Shown here piece by piece: positions 47,652 through 50,969 of a stretch of DNA of 50,969 nucleotides. Source of the DNA: Candidatus Limnocylindrus sp. (GTDB taxonomy: Bacteria > Chloroflexota > Limnocylindria > Limnocylindrales > Limnocylindraceae); NCBI GenBank assembly GCA_044343985.1, contig JBIJDR010000001.1, positions 1 through 50,969 of the forward strand. Reading direction: 5' to 3'. Both the position numbers and the translations under genes were made by a program. Each line of letters opens with the position of its first letter. Position 1 is the first letter of the stretch. The notes beneath the pieces were generated by a model. It was not told the origin of the DNA. It did no database searches and worked only from the letters and a program-made list of their open reading frames with translations.

Positions 47652-49606
47652 GTCTGCTGACGTTAACCGGCATTGGCCGCGAGATTGGCGCCGTCACGAT
47701 TCTGAGCGACGTGAGCGTCAGCGTTGCCGCTGGCGAGCGAATCGGACTTGTTGGCCCAAACGGCGCAGGGAAGACCACGCTGCTCCGGATGATGGTCGGC
47801 CGAGAGGAGCCGGATGGCGGCAAGGTGGAACGCGCGCGCGGCGTTCGGATTGAGGTGCTCGCGCAGGAGTCGTCACATGATCCGAAACTGCTCGAGGCGG
47901 CAACGCTCACCGAGGCGGTGCGCGGCGGGGCGGAGGAGATCACCCGGATTGCAGCTGAACTGCACGCTGCAGAGATTGGCGGTGGTGCGGCAAGCCCAGA
48001 GTATGCGGCGGCCCGACAGCGATTCGATGCACTTGAGGGCTACACGATTGATGATCGCGTCGCCGCCGCACTGCGTGGCCTCGGCTTCCCAACTGCGCGC
48101 CACAGCGAGTCGCCGAAGCTCCTCTCTGGTGGTGAGCAGACGCGCGTCGCCCTTGCACGACTGGTGATCGCAGATCCAGACTTGCTCTTGCTCGACGAGC
48201 CAACGAACCACCTGGATGTAGAGGCGATTGAGTGGCTTGAAGGTGCGCTTCGCGCACGGAGAGGGGCGCTCGTCGTAGCGAGCCACGACCGTGCCTTCCT
48301 CGATACGGTCGTCGATCGGGTCTGGGAGGTGCGGAACCATACAGTCACACGATTCCGTGGGAACTACTCGGCGTACTCCCAGCAGCGAGAGGCAAAAGAG
48401 GAAGATGCTGACCGAGATGCTGAGCGAAGGACGAAAGAGATCGCGCGAGAGAAGGAGCTGATTCAGACGTATCGGAGTCACAGGAAGTACGGAAAGATGC
48501 ACGAGCATGAGGCGCGCCTCGCTGCGATTGAGCCGGTGGTCGCGCCGAAACGTCGCGCAGCACTGGCGATCTCCGCCGCTGGTGCTGGTCGCGGACCAGC
48601 TGAGCCGGTGCGTCTGGTTGAGGCGGTCGTCGGGTACCGAGAGCCGGCGCCGCGCACAATCGCCACGGCGCGCAGTATTGCGCTGCATCGTGGAGAGCGC
48701 ATTGGGATCGTGGGGCCGAATGGCGCTGGAAAGACGACGCTCCTCAAGAGCATCGCTGGGATCCTCCCGCCGCTTAGTGGAGAGATCCAGGTTGCGGCTG
48801 GTGTCGTCCCTGGCTATCTCGCACAGGTTCGTGCGGCAGGGTTGCACGGGACAACGGTGATTGAGGCGCTGCGCGCAGCGGTACCAGTCGAACTCGGCGA
48901 GGCGCGCGCGCACCTTGCACGCTTCCTCTTCCGTGGCAGTGATGTTGATAAGCAGGTCGCCGTCTTATCCGGTGGTGAACGGAGCCGACTTGAGTTGGCG
49001 ATCCTTGGGCTCCTCCCATCGAACCTGCTCCTCCTTGATGAGCCGACAAACCATCTTGATGTTGACGCCTGCGAATCCCTTGAGCGCTTTCTCCTGGACG
49101 GTGAGCGTTCGGTGCTGCTAGTGAGTCACGACCGGCGACTTCTTGAGCGAATCTGTACGGAGCTTTGGATCGTGAGCGATGGGCGAGTGGTTCGGTTTGA
49201 CGGCGGGTGGCGTGCTTGGCGCACCGCTGTTGCAAACGGCTGGACCGCCGCTGCTGCAGATGGCGTTGCGACCGCGGGACGCTCTGCTGCCAGGACGCCA
49301 AAGGGGGGCGCAGGAGTGCCCGCGGCGGTGAAGCCTGTCGTCAAGAAGGCTGGTGCAGCTGCGTCAGCAGCGCCAGTGGCGAAGTTGAGCAAGGAGCAGG
49401 CGCGCCGACGTCGTGCAGCCGTTGAGGCGGACCTTGAGCGCTACGGCCTCAAGAAGTCCCAGCTTGAGCTCGCACTCCTCGATCCGCAGGTGCTCGCCTC
49501 ATACACTGATCTTGCACGCGTGAGCAGCGAACTCGCCGATGTGGCCGCCGCACTACTGGCGGCGGAAGAGGCGTGGCTCGAACTTGAAGGGGAGGGCGCC
49601 AAGTGA
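47648..49606 (+). CDS. ABC-F family ATPase (two ABC cassettes, no transmembrane domain)
   Basis: 652-aa ORF with an ATGA overlap on mutM. It has two Walker A sites (GPNGAGKTT twice), two ABC signatures (LSGGEQTR, LSGGERSR) and two Walker B sites (LLLLDEPTNHLD twice). A charged inter-domain linker and a C-terminal coiled-coil-like tail are present. Confidence 0.92.
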   Translation: MSLLTLTGIGREIGAVTILSDVSVSVAAGERIGLVGPNGAGKTTLLRMMVGREEPDGGKVERARGVRIEVLAQESSHDPKLLEAATLTEAVRGGAEEITRIAAELHAAEIGGGAASPEYAAARQRFDALEGYTIDDRVAAALRGLGFPTARHSESPKLLSGGEQTRVALARLVIADPDLLLLDEPTNHLDVEAIEWLEGALRARRGALVVASHDRAFLDTVVDRVWEVRNHTVTRFRGNYSAYSQQREAKEEDADRDAERRTKEIAREKELIQTYRSHRKYGKMHEHEARLAAIEPVVAPKRRAALAISAAGAGRGPAEPVRLVEAVVGYREPAPRTIATARSIALHRGERIGIVGPNGAGKTTLLKSIAGILPPLSGEIQVAAGVVPGYLAQVRAAGLHGTTVIEALRAAVPVELGEARAHLARFLFRGSDVDKQVAVLSGGERSRLELAILGLLPSNLLLLDEPTNHLDVDACESLERFLLDGERSVLLVSHDRRLLERICTELWIVSDGRVVRFDGGWRAWRTAVANGWTAAAADGVATAGRSAARTPKGGAGVPAAVKPVVKKAGAAASAAPVAKLSKEQARRRRAAVEADLERYGLKKSQLELALLDPQVLASYTDLARVSSELADVAAALLAAEEAWLELEGEGAK

Positions 49607-50250
49607 AGGTGATCGGCATCGCAGGAGCGATTGGAGTTGGGAAGAGCAGTGTCGCCCGCGCGCTCGTGAGCGACGCGGGGCTCGCACGTGACTTTGGTGG
49701 TGCTGTGCACTTCTTCAACGCGGATGACGCCTTGCGAAGCGCGCGCAACCAGGCGGGTCCACTTCAAGATGCGATCCTCAAACTTCTGCCAGCCGCACAG
49801 GGTCCTGACGGGAGCCTTAACCAAGCGGCGCTTGCGAGCGCCGCATTCAGCGATCCCACGCTGCTGAAGCAACTTGAACTGCTGCAGTGGCCGGTTGCGC
49901 GCGCGGCGATGCACGTAGCGCGCGAGCAGGCAGTGGCGAGTGGCGCATCACTCCTCCTCGTTGAGGCGATCGCGCTCCTTAACTCAGGACTCGCAGAGGA
50001 GCTCGATGGCTATCTGGTACTCACACTGCCGACATCCGAGCGTCGCGAGCGCGCCATCGGCCGCGGCACGGTCGGAGCGGCATTTGAAGAACGTGACGCC
50101 GCCCAACACGGGCTGACCGAAGCGCTTCTCGCCGCAGGGGGCGTGGAGGTAAGCGCACGTGGTTCCGTTCAGGAGGTCGCCGCCGAGGCGGGTCGGGCGC
50201 TTCGCCTTCTATGCTCAACGGATGAACGGCACCCCGATCGAGCCATCTGA
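49603..50250 (+). CDS. coaE: dephospho-CoA kinase
   Basis: 215-aa ORF with a GTG start preceded by GGGGAGGG, overlapping the ABC-F gene by 4 nt. P-loop [14 protein letters not shown] at the N-terminus. Position next to polA/mutM and uvrB matches known coaE synteny. The remainder is fairly divergent. Confidence 0.8.
   Translation: MKVIGIAGAIGVGKSSVARALVSDAGLARDFGGAVHFFNADDALRSARNQAGPLQDAILKLLPAAQGPDGSLNQAALASAAFSDPTLLKQLELLQWPVARAAMHVAREQAVASGASLLLVEAIALLNSGLAEELDGYLVLTLPTSERRERAIGRGTVGAAFEERDAAQHGLTEALLAAGGVEVSARGSVQEVAAEAGRALRLLCSTDERHPDRAI
50210..50215 (+). promoter_or_regulatory. candidate -10 box (TATGCT) exactly 6 nt upstream of the uvrB ATG, inside the coaE 3' end
   Basis: The arrangement is TATGCT-CAACGG-ATG. 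No Shine-Dalgarno precedes the uvrB ATG. Confidence 0.4.
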
Positions 50251-50969
50251 CCACACCCCCGCACTCGGTGCGGCCTTCAAGCTGCACTCCGACTTTCAGC
50301 CGACTGGCGATCAGCCAAAGGCGATCGTTGAACTCGTAGACGGCGTCCAGAAGGGACTACATCATCAGGTCCTCCTCGGCGCAACTGGGACGGGGAAGAC
50401 CTTCACGATCGCCAACGTCATCCAGCAGGTGCAGCGACCGACGCTCGTCCTTGCACACAACAAGACGCTTGCGGCGCAGCTTTATGCCGAGCTAAAGGAG
50501 TTCTTCCCAGAGAACGCGGTTGAGTACTTCGTCTCCTACTTCGACTACTACCAGCCAGAGGCGTACCTACCACGCTCCGATACCTACATTGAGAAGGATT
50601 CCAGCCGTAACGATGAGATTGATCAGTTGCGACACGCGGCGACGAAGGCGCTCTTTGAGCGACGGGACACGATCATCGTCGCCTCGGTCAGCTGCATCTA
50701 CGGTCTTGGCGCACCGGTGGACTACGGCGCAACGATCTTGCGCGTGCGCAAGGCGGGGAAGTACCGCCGCGATGCGATCCTGCGCCACCTGGTTGACCTT
50801 CAGTACCAGCGCAATGACGCCACGCTCGGTCGCGCCAAGTTCCGTGTCCGAGGGGACACCATTGAGGTGCAACCTGCGGGCGAGGAGACGATCCTTCGCG
50901 TGGAGTTCTTCGGTGACGAGGTGGAGCGCATCTCTGAGGTTGATCCCTTGACGGGTGAGATCTTGGCCG
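50222..50969 (+). CDS. uvrB: excinuclease ABC subunit B (UvrB), 5' partial, continues past the right edge
   Basis: This ORF is not in the supplied track because it has no stop in the window. My translation from the ATG at 50222 gives [35 protein letters not shown]...[12 protein letters not shown]...[37 protein letters not shown]...TYIEKD. That is the canonical UvrB N-terminus with Walker A. It overlaps coaE by 29 nt. Confidence 0.96.
   Translation, partial: MNGTPIEPSDHTPALGAAFKLHSDFQPTGDQPKAIVELVDGVQKGLHHQVLLGATGTGKTFTIANVIQQVQRPTLVLAHNKTLAAQLYAELKEFFPENAVEYFVSYFDYYQPEAYLPRSDTYIEKDSSRNDEIDQLRHAATKALFERRDTIIVASVSCIYGLGAPVDYGATILRVRKAGKYRRDAILRHLVDLQYQRNDATLGRAKFRVRGDTIEVQPAGEETILRVEFFGDEVERISEVDPLTGEILA

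Overview
GC-rich bacterial chromosomal segment packed almost end to end with conserved housekeeping genes, nearly all on the + strand. Many junctions are 1-8 nt overlaps (ATGA, GTGA, TGATG). Order of content:
- dcw cell-wall/division cluster: partial upstream ORF, murF, mraY, murD, ftsW, murG, murB, ddl, ftsQ, ftsA, ftsZ, then yggS and yggT.
- tRNA-Val, converging on aconitase (acnA).
- A tightly coupled Nudix-gcvT-gcvH-orphan solute-binding lipoprotein unit.
- nadE, rsmI, a reverse-strand ssb, then metG-tatD.
- CIRCE-controlled groES-groEL.
- pcrA-ligA, then gatC-gatA-aminotransferase-gatB.
- A small membrane ORF and a reverse-strand CoA-binding protein.
- dnaE, a UbiA-family prenyltransferase, and two tandem reverse-strand tRNA-Leu genes.
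- An ECF sigma factor with a downstream membrane partner.
- polA-mutM-ABC-F-coaE-uvrB (uvrB runs off the right edge).

The synteny blocks rsmI/metG/tatD, pcrA/ligA/gatCAB, polA/mutM/coaE and coaE/uvrB are those I recall from Firmicutes and Actinobacteria. This suggests a Terrabacteria-type lineage, perhaps Chloroflexota or a relative, but that is a low-confidence inference.

I see no mobile elements, CRISPR arrays, toxin-antitoxin or defence-type genes, and no convincing novel multi-gene system. This is core genome. The observations most worth a second look are:
1. A recurrent TAnnnT-N6-start-codon architecture, which suggests many operon-leading genes here are leaderless.
2. A MetRS whose class I HIGH signature reads GLHT.
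3. A class I aminotransferase translationally wedged between gatA and gatB.
4. An SSB without the canonical acidic-Pro-Phe C-terminal tip.
5. An ECF sigma partner with no recognisable anti-sigma motif.

All functional calls rest on motif recognition in the supplied translations. No database search was run.
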